Below, one piece after another: positions 48,795-58,477 of a stretch of 64,000 nucleotides of DNA. Position 1 is the first letter of the stretch, and the number at the start of each line of letters is the position of its first letter. This stretch comes from a virus. Its lineage: Duplodnaviria; Caudoviricetes. The stretch lies in IMG/VR virus record IMGVR_UViG_3300035556_000130, positions 6,281 through 70,280 of that record; one strand, written 5' to 3'. Below the pieces are notes generated by a model. That model had not been told where the DNA came from and searched no databases. It saw only the letters and a program-made list of their open reading frames with translations. The translations under genes were made by a program, and so were the position numbers.

Positions 48795-49319
48795 TCATCC
48801 CCAAAAATGACAGCAATATGAATGACTGTCTGCCATTTTTCTCTCAATATCTTCCTTTCCAAGAGCCTTAAATTCAAGCATGTTGTATTCCTTGACCTGG
48901 TAATCGCTATTTAAGGCATCCTCAGACTTTTTTATCGCATCCTCCCAAGTGTTGGCAAAAACATCCATCTCAATTGTAACGTTATATGATAATCGATAAA
49001 TAGGCATATCATTTCCACATCTTGTTCGTGGCCTTGCTTTGGATAGTGCATCCTTCAGAGCCTCAATTTCGAGTTCAAGATCTTTAATCCGTGATTTCAA
49101 GCGGTCTATTTCTCTGGATTCACGATGGCAGGGCGGTATGAACTCACCATATTTACCAAGCAAATCAACGCTGCAATACTCGAATTCGTTGTTCGTTAGA
49201 TTGCTCATTTTCTCGATTGCAATCTCCCTGGCCTGTGCAGCATTGTCGGCAATTACCTCGATGCTGCTTGGTGAGGTTACCATGAAACGCGCTACGTATT
49301 TATTTTGCATGCGACTCAT
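48795..49319 (-). CDS. Hypothetical protein with a duplicated small domain around a coiled coil
   Basis: Y.ARF...IEVIADNAAQAREIA and YRLSY...MDVFANTWEDAIKKS. Confidence 0.6.
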   Translation of the reverse strand: MSRMQNKYVARFMVTSPSSIEVIADNAAQAREIAIEKMSNLTNNEFEYCSVDLLGKYGEFIPPCHRESREIDRLKSRIKDLELEIEALKDALSKARPRTRCGNDMPIYRLSYNVTIEMDVFANTWEDAIKKSEDALNSDYQVKEYNMLEFKALGKEDIERKMADSHSYCCHFWG

Positions 49320-49962
49320 CCTCAAGTTCTGCAATCCTATTTTCAAGACTGATTATCTCTTCTTCCAGGTTGCCAATTTCTGTGATCTGTTCTGCTTCGC
49401 GTGCTGCTGATTCAGCTAACAGAACCTGGTTAATTGCATCTATCGATTTCAAGTGGTTTATTCTTATCTCTAACTCTTTTATCGTGGCCTTGAGGTCGTC
49501 ATTCTCGGTCGTCTTCTCTACGAGATCCCGGAGCAGCTTGTCGTTGTCTATCGTCAGTAGTTCTCCCGTTTTATCTGGCACATACGTTGGGCATGGCTTT
49601 ATACCATCTCCACCGAAATTGTCAAAGGTTACCTCCGTGACGATGCCAACGGCATTTAAATTTTCAGTACGACGTTGCATGGTAGTTTTGTAGTTATTTA
49701 GTATAGACATCACCGTCTTTCGAAAGTGGGCCGGATTGTCGCCAAGTGCATTGCCTTCTTCAATGGATGTTTTGTATTCTTTGTCTACGATAACTAGGAC
49801 ATTGTGGCAATCCTTAGTAATCATATATACGTAGCTGTCGAGTCGGAATGGTTCGATTTCTTCCTTGGTTGGAAATCCTTCGATTTTTACAACGGTGTAT
49901 TGGAATGAGTTGAACCCAACCTGATCATATCGCAAGAATATCTTTTCCATTTTGGTCACCAT
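49300..49962 (-). CDS. Hypothetical protein with C-terminal coiled coil
   Basis: C-terminus paralogous to the 37390 ORF. Confidence 0.65.
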   Translation of the reverse strand: MVTKMEKIFLRYDQVGFNSFQYTVVKIEGFPTKEEIEPFRLDSYVYMITKDCHNVLVIVDKEYKTSIEEGNALGDNPAHFRKTVMSILNNYKTTMQRRTENLNAVGIVTEVTFDNFGGDGIKPCPTYVPDKTGELLTIDNDKLLRDLVEKTTENDDLKATIKELEIRINHLKSIDAINQVLLAESAAREAEQITEIGNLEEEIISLENRIAELEDESHAK

Positions 49963-50228
49963 TCTCCAGACGCTGATTTTATCTGCTCTGCAACGCGAAT
50001 ATCATTGGTTATTGCCTGAGTTCGAAGATTCTCTTTCAGCAATTCCTCTTCAAACATGTCTAGGAGCCATCGCTTGGCTTCCTCAAATGTGTCAAATATT
50101 GAACCAGAATCGGTTACCTTTTTCACTCGCTGGCCGCCTGGTCTGATAACGTAGTGCTCTGTCTCTGATACGGTCTGCACGGTGCGTATTTGTCTTGCAC
50201 CAACCCAGGCGAAATATTTTATCGTCAT
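49956..50228 (-). CDS. Hypothetical protein, 90 aa
   Basis: TGATG coupling. Confidence 0.6.
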   Translation of the reverse strand: MTIKYFAWVGARQIRTVQTVSETEHYVIRPGGQRVKKVTDSGSIFDTFEEAKRWLLDMFEEELLKENLRTQAITNDIRVAEQIKSASGEW

Positions 50229-50641
50229 CAAATACCACCAAACAAGTCGCACCAGGCCATCATAAAGGGTCTGAACTTGCCGGGATGTAAAGATGTGTAC
50301 TTGACAACGGCATCTTCGAATACCGCATCTTCAAGTTCGTCACTATCAATCAACCACCGTCTGGCATGCCGCACATCTTCGCAAAGGTCCACATCAGATG
50401 AAGTACATCTGCAATCACTGCATTTATCTGGAACGGAATCTTCATCTGGTTGGTCAACCATGAGTGGAGAATAGTTAGCTTCAAACTTGGCAAGGCGTTT
50501 TGCCTGATAATCGATGTACTCAAGCATATTTGGGACCTGGCTGGCAAGCCATGTGATGGTTCTGACGTCAACTTTCTGGTTCACAATGTCAGATATGGAG
50601 TGCTTGTTGCAGCAATCCCGTATAAGATCTATTTGTTGCAC
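50228..50641 (-). CDS. Ea22-like phage protein
   Basis: WLASQVPNMLEYID; C..C.C motif. Confidence 0.55.
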   Translation of the reverse strand: MQQIDLIRDCCNKHSISDIVNQKVDVRTITWLASQVPNMLEYIDYQAKRLAKFEANYSPLMVDQPDEDSVPDKCSDCRCTSSDVDLCEDVRHARRWLIDSDELEDAVFEDAVVKYTSLHPGKFRPFMMAWCDLFGGI

Positions 50642-51270
50642 AGTATATCACCTTTGACAATAAGATTTAGTTCTGATATGATTGAGCTCTTGCACTTATC
50701 GAAATATTCTTGACTGGTATGGTCGCCTTTCAGCAATCGGATGGAAAATCCGAGTTCAGAGACATAATCAAAAGGACTGGAGGAAATCATGTCGCCCTCG
50801 TGGATTACATAACGGATCTCAGTAACTCTTGGATCGAGGCGATCAAGGTTCTGGATTACATTATCATATGACTTGTTATCTTGGGTGTATGAGTTATATA
50901 TCCAGGGTTCCAGCGATGTTTTGAGGTCAAGAAAGATCCTGTCAAAGCCCTCGGGGATGGGCCGGCAACCTGAGGTCTCGATGGCTACTTTCAGGCCAAG
51001 GGCATGGCCCCAGATCAGCAATTCACGGCATGCTTCTGGTTGCATGACGGGCTCGCCGCCAGAGATGACCAGGGCCGAGATATAACGACGGCAGGCTAGG
51101 ATTTCCTGGGCTATGACGTCAAGGGTTACGAAACGGTCTCCTGTGCGAATTTTATGGTTATGGCAGTGCGGGCAACGCATGGGGCAGCCTCTGAGAAACA
51201 CTACGTAGGCTGCGTGACCAGGCCAATCCACGGTTGATAACTCGTGACGGCCCGCATAGTTTATTTTCAT
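50629..51270 (-). CDS. nrdG: Radical SAM anaerobic ribonucleotide reductase activase (NrdG-like)
   Basis: LSTVDWPGH..YVVFLRGCPMRCPHCHN, ISGGEPVMQ, KVAIETSG, DLKT. Confidence 0.85.
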   Translation of the reverse strand: MKINYAGRHELSTVDWPGHAAYVVFLRGCPMRCPHCHNHKIRTGDRFVTLDVIAQEILACRRYISALVISGGEPVMQPEACRELLIWGHALGLKVAIETSGCRPIPEGFDRIFLDLKTSLEPWIYNSYTQDNKSYDNVIQNLDRLDPRVTEIRYVIHEGDMISSSPFDYVSELGFSIRLLKGDHTSQEYFDKCKSSIISELNLIVKGDILCNK

Positions 51271-51533
51271 GGGAATATCCCTGGGATGAATATCATGGTT
51301 TTGCATTTTGGATAGGGCGAGGCCTCGGCAATCAGGGTAATGTTCTTGAGCTCTCGGTCGTCGGTAAAGCATAGATCGTTTTTATCGAGATAGTCAAATA
51401 CCATGTCGTATGCAGCAGTTGGATTATCGGCAATTACGTAGATTTCATTGTAGTTGGTAGATACTGAACTGTAGCCGCCTCTGATTCTAACCAGATATAG
51501 CTTAACAGGGTTTACAGCTCCGATTAGAGACAT
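51267..51533 (-). CDS. Hypothetical protein, 88 aa
   Basis: GGAGG upstream; LYLV...IYVIADNPTAA pattern. Confidence 0.6.
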   Translation of the reverse strand: MSLIGAVNPVKLYLVRIRGGYSSVSTNYNEIYVIADNPTAAYDMVFDYLDKNDLCFTDDRELKNITLIAEASPYPKCKTMIFIPGIFP

Positions 51534-51729
51534 TTATTCCTCCTCACCTAGTTGGATGTTATTCGGAGAGACTTTGCCGCAAGAGAGCAGGTACGATAAA
51601 ACGACTGGCGGTATGATCTCTCCTTCAACAAACGGCACTTCAATCCTCTTAGTGACTTTTGCGCATAGTGGCATACCAGGATGTTGATATGCATCTTATT
51701 TAAGGTTTTTGATAGGATACAGAAATGTT

Positions 51730-52443
51730 ATGTACTTGGAACATGTACCAAGGTTTATGCAAGATCCAATAGTAATCGATATTGAGACGGTGCCCGGAAC
51801 TTTGGAACAGATTAAGACGTATAAGGAGATCAAATGCAAGAGATGCGATCATAATCCGAGAGATCATCCAAAACAGAAGAAGGAATATTGCGCGGAGTGT
51901 GATGAGCAGGCCGCGCTGAGGTGGCATACTTCACAGACTATTTGTATCACGGTTAAGCCGGTTGATATGGAAGCAAGGTGCTTTTGCGATACGAGCGAGG
52001 CCAAGGTGTTGGAAGAAGCATATGAGTACCTGAATGAGATTAGACCATCAAAATGGATTGGCTTCAATATCAAGGACTTCGATTTGATTCATTTGAGGAT
52101 GAGAGGAATCGTTAATGATATACCGTTTATTAATATATTGCCGGTTGGAAAATATGATAAGAGATTGATCGATGTTTATGATATTCTGGTGGAAGGAAAG
52201 TGGAATAAGCAGCAATCTGCTACTCTGGAGATGTTTGCGGCAATGCTCGGGTTCAAGGATTTGATGTATGGAAGTGGTCGGGATGTTCCTGGGTGGTTCG
52301 CGGAAGGAAAGTTGGATGATATCAGGAGACATAATATAGGGGATGTATTGGCCACGGAGCAGCTGTATCTAAGGATTTGTGATGCGGATACGAGGTATAA
52401 GAACAGGAAAAAAATAGATGATGATGAGATATTTAGGATCTAA
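51730..52443 (+). CDS. Stand-alone DnaQ/PolB-like 3'-5' exonuclease
   Basis: VIDIETVP, GFNIKDFDL, HNIGDV (DEDD motifs). Confidence 0.85.
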   Translation: MYLEHVPRFMQDPIVIDIETVPGTLEQIKTYKEIKCKRCDHNPRDHPKQKKEYCAECDEQAALRWHTSQTICITVKPVDMEARCFCDTSEAKVLEEAYEYLNEIRPSKWIGFNIKDFDLIHLRMRGIVNDIPFINILPVGKYDKRLIDVYDILVEGKWNKQQSATLEMFAAMLGFKDLMYGSGRDVPGWFAEGKLDDIRRHNIGDVLATEQLYLRICDADTRYKNRKKIDDDEIFRI

Positions 52444-52976
52444 TACTTTTTTACTGTTTTAGTTATGGCTTTGCCGGGAGTGATTGAAACGCCGGATGAG
52501 CTGCCCAGTGTTTTCTTGCTGTCGATGTTGTCATATATGGCTGTGCGGGGTTTGTTTTGGCTGTTCACAGAAATACCTCCAAGGGTTATCTTTTCTCTGA
52601 TTGCTTTTATGGTGTCCTCGGACATGGTTTTGTTAGGATTGGCGGTATTTGGAGTGCTGCTTTCTTCAATTTTGGAAGATCCCAGTGTCACTGTTTTTGT
52701 AGCTCCGATGGTCACCGTGGTTGGAGTGGATTGCTTGACGGCGGCAGATGATGGTTTTTTGGTACCAACAACCACGGTGGGTGATGAAAACGATGGCACG
52801 GTTGTTGCAGTGGGACGTATTTGAAGATTGGTTGCAGTTTCTATTTTGGCTGAAGGTTTAGATTGGGAAACACATTTACCGGCAACCGGGGTTGATCCGG
52901 GGGGGCATGATAGGCCTTCGGATGCTATTTTGGATAGGAAGCTGTAAAAAGGAGTGTGCCGGGCCATGTGGCTCAC
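52440..52976 (-). CDS. Ser/Thr/Lys/Pro-rich low-complexity protein
   Basis: CPPGSTPVAGKC motif; TLGSS repeated twice. Confidence 0.6.
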   Translation of the reverse strand: MSHMARHTPFYSFLSKIASEGLSCPPGSTPVAGKCVSQSKPSAKIETATNLQIRPTATTVPSFSSPTVVVGTKKPSSAAVKQSTPTTVTIGATKTVTLGSSKIEESSTPNTANPNKTMSEDTIKAIREKITLGGISVNSQNKPRTAIYDNIDSKKTLGSSSGVSITPGKAITKTVKKY

Positions 52977-53392
52977 TCCGGTGGTGTGAGAACCTTGACA
53001 TCGAGTTCGCTCTGCTCAAAGTTCTTGATGCTGGCCTTGCCTATGATACCGGACATCTCAGCGTCCTGGTTCATTACGAAGTCCTCACCGACAAGAGTGG
53101 CTATATCGGCAACCAGATCCTGCTTTATGCCATCGAGGTCCTGGAGAGTGTCTCGTAGGATTGGTTTCGTGAGGCGATAGGCATATTTCTTGGCTTCGTT
53201 GGCCTGGAACCCGGAACCGACACGGTTGGACATGCCTTCCTTGATTTCGACGTCAAGATCTTCAACCTCTTCGAAAAATCTTGATACTTCACGATCCATG
53301 CTCTCCTTGAAGGCGAGCTTGATGTCAACTAGCCGGCGACGGACCTTGTTGACATCTGTGTTATCTTTAACTATGTCTACCATGATGAGCAA
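52973..53392 (-). CDS. Helical hypothetical protein, 139 aa
   Basis: Coupled ORF. Confidence 0.65.
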   Translation of the reverse strand: MLIMVDIVKDNTDVNKVRRRLVDIKLAFKESMDREVSRFFEEVEDLDVEIKEGMSNRVGSGFQANEAKKYAYRLTKPILRDTLQDLDGIKQDLVADIATLVGEDFVMNQDAEMSGIIGKASIKNFEQSELDVKVLTPPE

Positions 53393-53419
53393 CTTGTACC
53401 TGGCTGTTAATAAAGGTTT

Positions 53420-53668
53420 TCATATTTCAACGAAATCCTTTTTAAGACCCTGGATGTTGCCTACCCGCAATTCGATCCCGTGGTGGGATAGTAGGTTACG
53501 GGAATTGTTGCTTAGGCTGTTATTGGCAGCGTGGTTGATCTGGATGACTTTAATACCACTAGCAACGAGCTTGAGGATATCATCGAAACTAGGACGAAAT
53601 GAGATTACGACGGCCTTGGTTTTGATACCGGCAATCTCGTCAATATTAGATATGATGGTGGCTTTCAT
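53420..53668 (-). CDS. DUF1699-family protein (Methanosarcinales-type)
   Basis: VISFRPSFDDILKL...VIQI...SLS..SRNLL...IEL..GNIQG.KKD. Confidence 0.7.
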   Translation of the reverse strand: MKATIISNIDEIAGIKTKAVVISFRPSFDDILKLVASGIKVIQINHAANNSLSNNSRNLLSHHGIELRVGNIQGLKKDFVEI

Positions 53669-53777
53669 GGTATCATAAGAAGAGATTTAACCTATTTAAG
53701 TTTTGAGGTGAGAGAGGGGCCTGGAAGAACGATAGACCAGACCCGGCTATCTGCCAAAACAGCCAAGGATAGGTGGG

Positions 53778-55096
53778 GTCAACTACCACGCCCTGAAGGA
53801 CGTGGCTTGCGACTACGTAAAAAGTCGTGTCGCGTCTGGCGGGCTGACATTACCACCCTGAGACTCAAGGATATACCTTAAGTCTCGTGTTCGGTGCTCG
53901 ATATTCATTGCACCAACTCTATCAGCATGGGTCTCATAACTGCATTTTTCGCATCGAAATGCTATGCCATTTCGGTTATTTCGGCTGATGTGGTTACATC
54001 TTGGGCAGGTTTGGGAAGTAAATTCAGGATTCACGTAGACTACGGTTATCCCGGCTTCTTTGGCTTTGTATTCCACAAAACCTTGTAGTTGCCTGAATGC
54101 CCAACTACTATGCTCATACCTGAACTCTTTGGAGATTTTGTTTTCCGTTCTCTTCCTGATGCCCGTCAAATCTTCCATGCCGATTACCGAAACGCCGTTA
54201 TCTATAGCAAATTCTATGAGATCCTTGGATACCTTATGGTTGATGGCGGTCATGAACCGTGTCTCTCGACCCGCGAGATTCCTAAGAAGTCTCATACTGG
54301 ATTGAGTGCCCAAATATCGACCGCCTGCCTTCTGTAATCTCTGGCGTTCTTTAGATCGAATGTTTCGGTAATTCTTGATTTCACCGCCTGCAAAGAATTT
54401 GCATTGCTTGTCTGTGGTGGATGCAACGGCTAGACAATTAATACCGACATCAACACCCATGAAATTGGATGCATCAACCATATCCTTGTCTGGAATATCC
54501 TTCTCGCAGGCCAAATGGAAATAATAAGCTCCGTCTTTGTGTAAACAGAGATTGGATGCCAGATATTTCCAAGACCCGTCTAAGTATCTCTGAGCATATT
54601 GGTAATTCAAGAATTTGTATCTCTTGCGCCCCGCCAATGTAGTTATGCTCAAGGTGTCTCCAGATATACCAAAATCGCGTCCAAACGAAAATGTAGCGGA
54701 GGTTGGATCGAAATCAAGGAGTTGCCATTCCGATTCTTTCTTGTCAATCTGACTCTGAAGTGTTTTGTAAACTCCAGAAACCCGGCGAGCTACATTACAA
54801 GCCATCTGAGATTTCAGGTTAAGACTGTTCCGTAGATGCTTGTATGTGGCTTTTTGGATCTGTCCGCTTCCAATCGGCTTGCCGATGTCAAACACGATTT
54901 GCGAGGCATAATTCATGCCTTGGGAAAATGCTTTCAGCAGCTCTGCTAGGTCATTATCCGGTGTATCCAATTTCAGGATAATGGTCTTTGTGAGCTGCAT
55001 GATTAAGTATATTCACCCACTGCTATATAAGGTTATCGTCGGTGAAGATGTTTGTACGCGCTCCTCCCCACCGTGAACGATGGGGACTCCGCGCTT
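53778..55096 (-). mobile_element. IS200/IS605-family element carrying only tnpB (IS1341-like)
   Basis: Left hairpin CCCCATCG/CGGTGGGG+AGGAGCG near 55059-55085; right end GCAAGCCACGTCCTTCAGGGCGTGGTAGTTGAC ending at 53778; no tnpA. Confidence 0.85.
53813..55000 (-). CDS. tnpB: TnpB RNA-guided nuclease
   Basis: RuvC I MGVDVG, RuvC II IGMEDL, YTSQ-like FTSQTCPRC, Zn finger CEKC, RuvC III HADRVGAMNI; catalytic residues intact. Confidence 0.95.
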   Translation of the reverse strand: MQLTKTIILKLDTPDNDLAELLKAFSQGMNYASQIVFDIGKPIGSGQIQKATYKHLRNSLNLKSQMACNVARRVSGVYKTLQSQIDKKESEWQLLDFDPTSATFSFGRDFGISGDTLSITTLAGRKRYKFLNYQYAQRYLDGSWKYLASNLCLHKDGAYYFHLACEKDIPDKDMVDASNFMGVDVGINCLAVASTTDKQCKFFAGGEIKNYRNIRSKERQRLQKAGGRYLGTQSSMRLLRNLAGRETRFMTAINHKVSKDLIEFAIDNGVSVIGMEDLTGIRKRTENKISKEFRYEHSSWAFRQLQGFVEYKAKEAGITVVYVNPEFTSQTCPRCNHISRNNRNGIAFRCEKCSYETHADRVGAMNIEHRTRDLRYILESQGGNVSPPDATRLFT

Positions 55097-55259
55097 CTAC
55101 GGAGTTGAAAAGTATTTAAGGATTTTGCTTAGCATTTGGGTGTATTTTTGTGATACTTGGTTGCACGAAATTGACAAAATCTGCAATCATGAGGTTGAAA
55201 AATGTGATGAACCATGATAGATTTTTTTGGGTGGTTTGGGGAAACGTGCCCGAAAAGTG

Positions 55260-55585
55260 GCATTTCGTGAAACATATATGTAACACGTTTTCAATGTCTG
55301 TGGAGACATGTTTCACATGTTTCCCTGTTTCACTCAACAATACACAGAAAGACAATACACACAATTTCGTGTAGAAACATGATAGATTATTGAATAGTAT
55401 ATAATCAGTATTATACACCTGACTTTATTTTTGGTCTATCTTTGAGAGAGATAGGAAGTATAGTGTGTCTACTGTGTTACACACATATATATATATGTAT
55501 ATGTAAGTGAAACACGTGTAACAGGTGAAACAGTACTCTCTATCTATCGATTTCTTTGTTGCACCTTTGTTTCACTGTTACTCAT
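55260..55585. repeat. Iteron-like array, candidate replication origin
   Basis: GTGAAACA/TGTTTCAC at 55267, 55309, 55326, 55507, 55525, 55568; GTAACA/TGTTAC at 55280, 55475, 55518, 55576; (AT)n tract near 55484-55502. Confidence 0.65.
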
Positions 55586-55696
55586 CATTTGATTTTGATA
55601 AAAATAGTAAGAGGCTCTGAGAGAGGCCAATGATAACGAAAATGTAATCGGATGCAGGCGAAGGTGTAAAAATAGAAGGAAAAAAGAGGTGCCTGC

Positions 55697-58426
55697 CTAA
55701 GACACCTTGGTTGCCTGATATATCTTTTTCTCAAGTGCACTTGCAGTGTTCTCGGGGGTTGGCTTGTTCAGGTCAATCATGCCATAAACAGTATCATCCA
55801 GCAATACTCCCTCATTAAACACGAGGACTCGGAGGGTCTTATTTCCGCGACGCTTCATTTTTACCCGTTTGCCATCATTGCCGGGAGTAATGTATCCGCC
55901 CTCATGGAGCTGTCTATATAACGACGAGGCAGAGATTGTCTGTGCCTGCGGACCTAAGACCCGTCTGACTGCATCCCTGGCTAGGATTGGTAAAATAGCT
56001 ACCTTTCCTACATCTGAGTCATTGTCTCCAAGTCTCCATCCTATGATGTCAAGGCCGGATTCATTCTGGACAGGACGATCTAAAATAACGCACTTGCCGG
56101 AAGATATCAGCTCTCGCAGCGTCTCGACGAACTGAACGGCTTCGGTTGCATTATCAGTAGCGGCTGATGTTTCTGAGAGCATATGACGTAGACCGTTTTC
56201 AAAATCTGCGTTGTATTTCTTGATAACACCATTTAGCGGAGATTGCAGCAACATCTGCCAGACATTCTTTAGAATAGATATCGTCGTACCTACCCGACCA
56301 GGATTGACGCACCCAGATTCTGTAGCCAAAGACACAAATACAGATCGATCATCGATCCACTGGTCTATATTTATATCAACTTTTGATATGTAATTACACC
56401 AGATCCGCCCAACTGCCGGTAGGTGTTTATTTATTTCCTGCAATTTAGTTAGATTATCCAGATTTGGCGTGGTAGACCATTCTATGGGAATAATCCTGGC
56501 AATGGTTGAAGCTTCTTCTGGCAAGTCCTCGCCAGTTATGATAAGCGTTGTGGCATATTCCTTAGTATCTTGTAACTTGGCATTTCGGTTTGCCCGTTCG
56601 CGTTCCCTGCCTTCAAGGATCACGTGCACCAAGGACACTAGTTTAGCTGGGCCGTCTTTGTGCGTTCCCTTATAATTATCGATACCAGTTGGTAGGCAAC
56701 CACATGCAGAAGCCACCAGTTGTATTGCTGTTACAGTTGCTCCTTCACCCCATTTTAGAAGATATTTTTCACGAGCGAACCCCGCCCCATAGATGGCTAG
56801 TGCATGTTTCATAGCTTCAGTTTTTAGCCCTCTGCCAGTGGTTCCAACCAGGGCTATTCCAAAACGATCTTCCTGGAGCCATCTGGCGCACAGTGGCGAC
56901 GCGAAAGATGTCGTGAGAAGGAGTGCCGCCTTATCAGGAGGCCATGTCTTGAATATTAAGTCCAATGCACTGAGGCCTAGTTTTTCGTCTCCTTGAGAGA
57001 GATCAGCTGGGACCCTGCGCGATATGCTGAACTTAAAACCGTCATCATCTAACCCCGGTATCGCTAGTTTGTCATCAACCCACATGGGTGCGTCTATTGA
57101 TATCATTTTCTTGACGTCTAGCGTCAGGTCCTGGATCATTTCGGCGCACATATCGCGTATTTTATTTCTGGCACCAAAATGAGACATTAAAATACCGCGT
57201 AGTTTTCTTTTATCCGCAAAATCCCTCCCGGATACGGTACATTTGAATTTATGCAGGTCATTACTTCCAACTCCCTCAAGGGTGAAAGTAGCCTCTCCAC
57301 TTTCGTCCCTGGTTTCTTCGGTAATGACGCAATAACCATCACATACTACTGCTTTTACTGTTTTGTCCTCTTTACCTTTTTTGAGGACTTTCTGGTAGGT
57401 TCTTAGATCAATATCTACTCCAGGCATTCCAAAATGTAAATCATCAGACCATCTACGGACGTTCTCTGGTAGATCTAGTGTATCATTATTATCGCCCATG
57501 GTTTTCACAACTGCCGTTTCTTGTTTATCTGGTATATCGAAACCCCGTTCTTTCGCGATGCCGATTACCTGCGCGAGTTGCTGATTGTTTAAGCATCCCT
57601 GTCCAGCTTCTTTGCAGGATATAATTCCTTCTTCAATTGCGAGCCATTCCAGGGGTCCTCCACCGCTCTTGTGCCGAAAACAAAACCAGCAGTTCTTTGA
57701 GGTGTTGACTGAGAAATTTTTTCCGTATTTGGAACCATGCCGTGGATGCGTTCCGAATGTTTCTGAGCCCTTCCTTTCCTTGACGTTTAGCGGCCACACC
57801 ACTTGGTCTATCGGGATGAGATCCCCAATTGAAGATCCTCCAGAATGTGTTTTGCATTTGTGAGATGTTGCAGGTTCTTCTTTTTTGGCAAATGGTTCTA
57901 CTAGCTTTATGAGGAAGTCCTTTTCAACAGTAGCTATCGGAACATTTTTTACTACTTTATAGTAATTGCCATTTGGGTGCAGCGATCCCGGACCAACCAC
58001 CTGTTCTCCAAGTGCCTGTATTTCCCCCAAATGTATGGGATCTCCATCGGCATCCATCAACTCAGGATCTTCGAGAACGATCTTGTTTTTGAAACCTTTG
58101 CATAGCAGGTAGAAATGCTTTCCACCGCGCCCGGTTTCAACCGTAAAAGTCTCGGGTATTTGTGTAATTATATTTAGTTGTTCTAATCTAGGAAGATCAT
58201 CTACATCAAAGACAACAAGGCCCCCCACCCCGGTCAGAACACCGTAATTATGGCCCTCGGCAAGGTACCCTGCAATCACTGGGCTCCTATAATTATAATT
58301 AGTATCAGTGGTCCATTTAAACCCGATGGGCTTCTTGGTGCCGCTTAGTATTGGAACGAATCTAAAACTATCGTTCCGTAGCTGTGGGGGTATTTTATTT
58401 AACGCTCTTTCAAATGCTGGGTCTAT
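55697..58426 (-). CDS. Bifunctional primase-polymerase fused to a helicase-like ATPase domain
   Basis: NYGVLTG..GLVVFDVDD, TVETGRGGKHFY (PrimPol); HGSK..KNFSV..WFCFRH Zn-like; GTTGRGLKT Walker-A variant, IDNYK; frame extends 49 codons above the track start to ATA 58426. Confidence 0.88.
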   Translation of the reverse strand: MDPAFERALNKIPPQLRNDSFRFVPILSGTKKPIGFKWTTDTNYNYRSPVIAGYLAEGHNYGVLTGVGGLVVFDVDDLPRLEQLNIITQIPETFTVETGRGGKHFYLLCKGFKNKIVLEDPELMDADGDPIHLGEIQALGEQVVGPGSLHPNGNYYKVVKNVPIATVEKDFLIKLVEPFAKKEEPATSHKCKTHSGGSSIGDLIPIDQVVWPLNVKERKGSETFGTHPRHGSKYGKNFSVNTSKNCWFCFRHKSGGGPLEWLAIEEGIISCKEAGQGCLNNQQLAQVIGIAKERGFDIPDKQETAVVKTMGDNNDTLDLPENVRRWSDDLHFGMPGVDIDLRTYQKVLKKGKEDKTVKAVVCDGYCVITEETRDESGEATFTLEGVGSNDLHKFKCTVSGRDFADKRKLRGILMSHFGARNKIRDMCAEMIQDLTLDVKKMISIDAPMWVDDKLAIPGLDDDGFKFSISRRVPADLSQGDEKLGLSALDLIFKTWPPDKAALLLTTSFASPLCARWLQEDRFGIALVGTTGRGLKTEAMKHALAIYGAGFAREKYLLKWGEGATVTAIQLVASACGCLPTGIDNYKGTHKDGPAKLVSLVHVILEGRERERANRNAKLQDTKEYATTLIITGEDLPEEASTIARIIPIEWSTTPNLDNLTKLQEINKHLPAVGRIWCNYISKVDINIDQWIDDRSVFVSLATESGCVNPGRVGTTISILKNVWQMLLQSPLNGVIKKYNADFENGLRHMLSETSAATDNATEAVQFVETLRELISSGKCVILDRPVQNESGLDIIGWRLGDNDSDVGKVAILPILARDAVRRVLGPQAQTISASSLYRQLHEGGYITPGNDGKRVKMKRRGNKTLRVLVFNEGVLLDDTVYGMIDLNKPTPENTASALEKKIYQATKVS

Positions 58427-58477
58427 TTAGATTCCCCCGAAATGTTTATAAACGATCTCTGTAATCTTCATGAGCGA

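Noticed and set aside
55116-55418. Short ORFs on both strands between tnpB and the primase-helicase
   Set aside because: They run through the repeat array and have no coding features
55260-55585. Repeat array as a CRISPR
   Set aside because: Units are 6-8 bp, in both orientations and irregularly spaced; no cas genes
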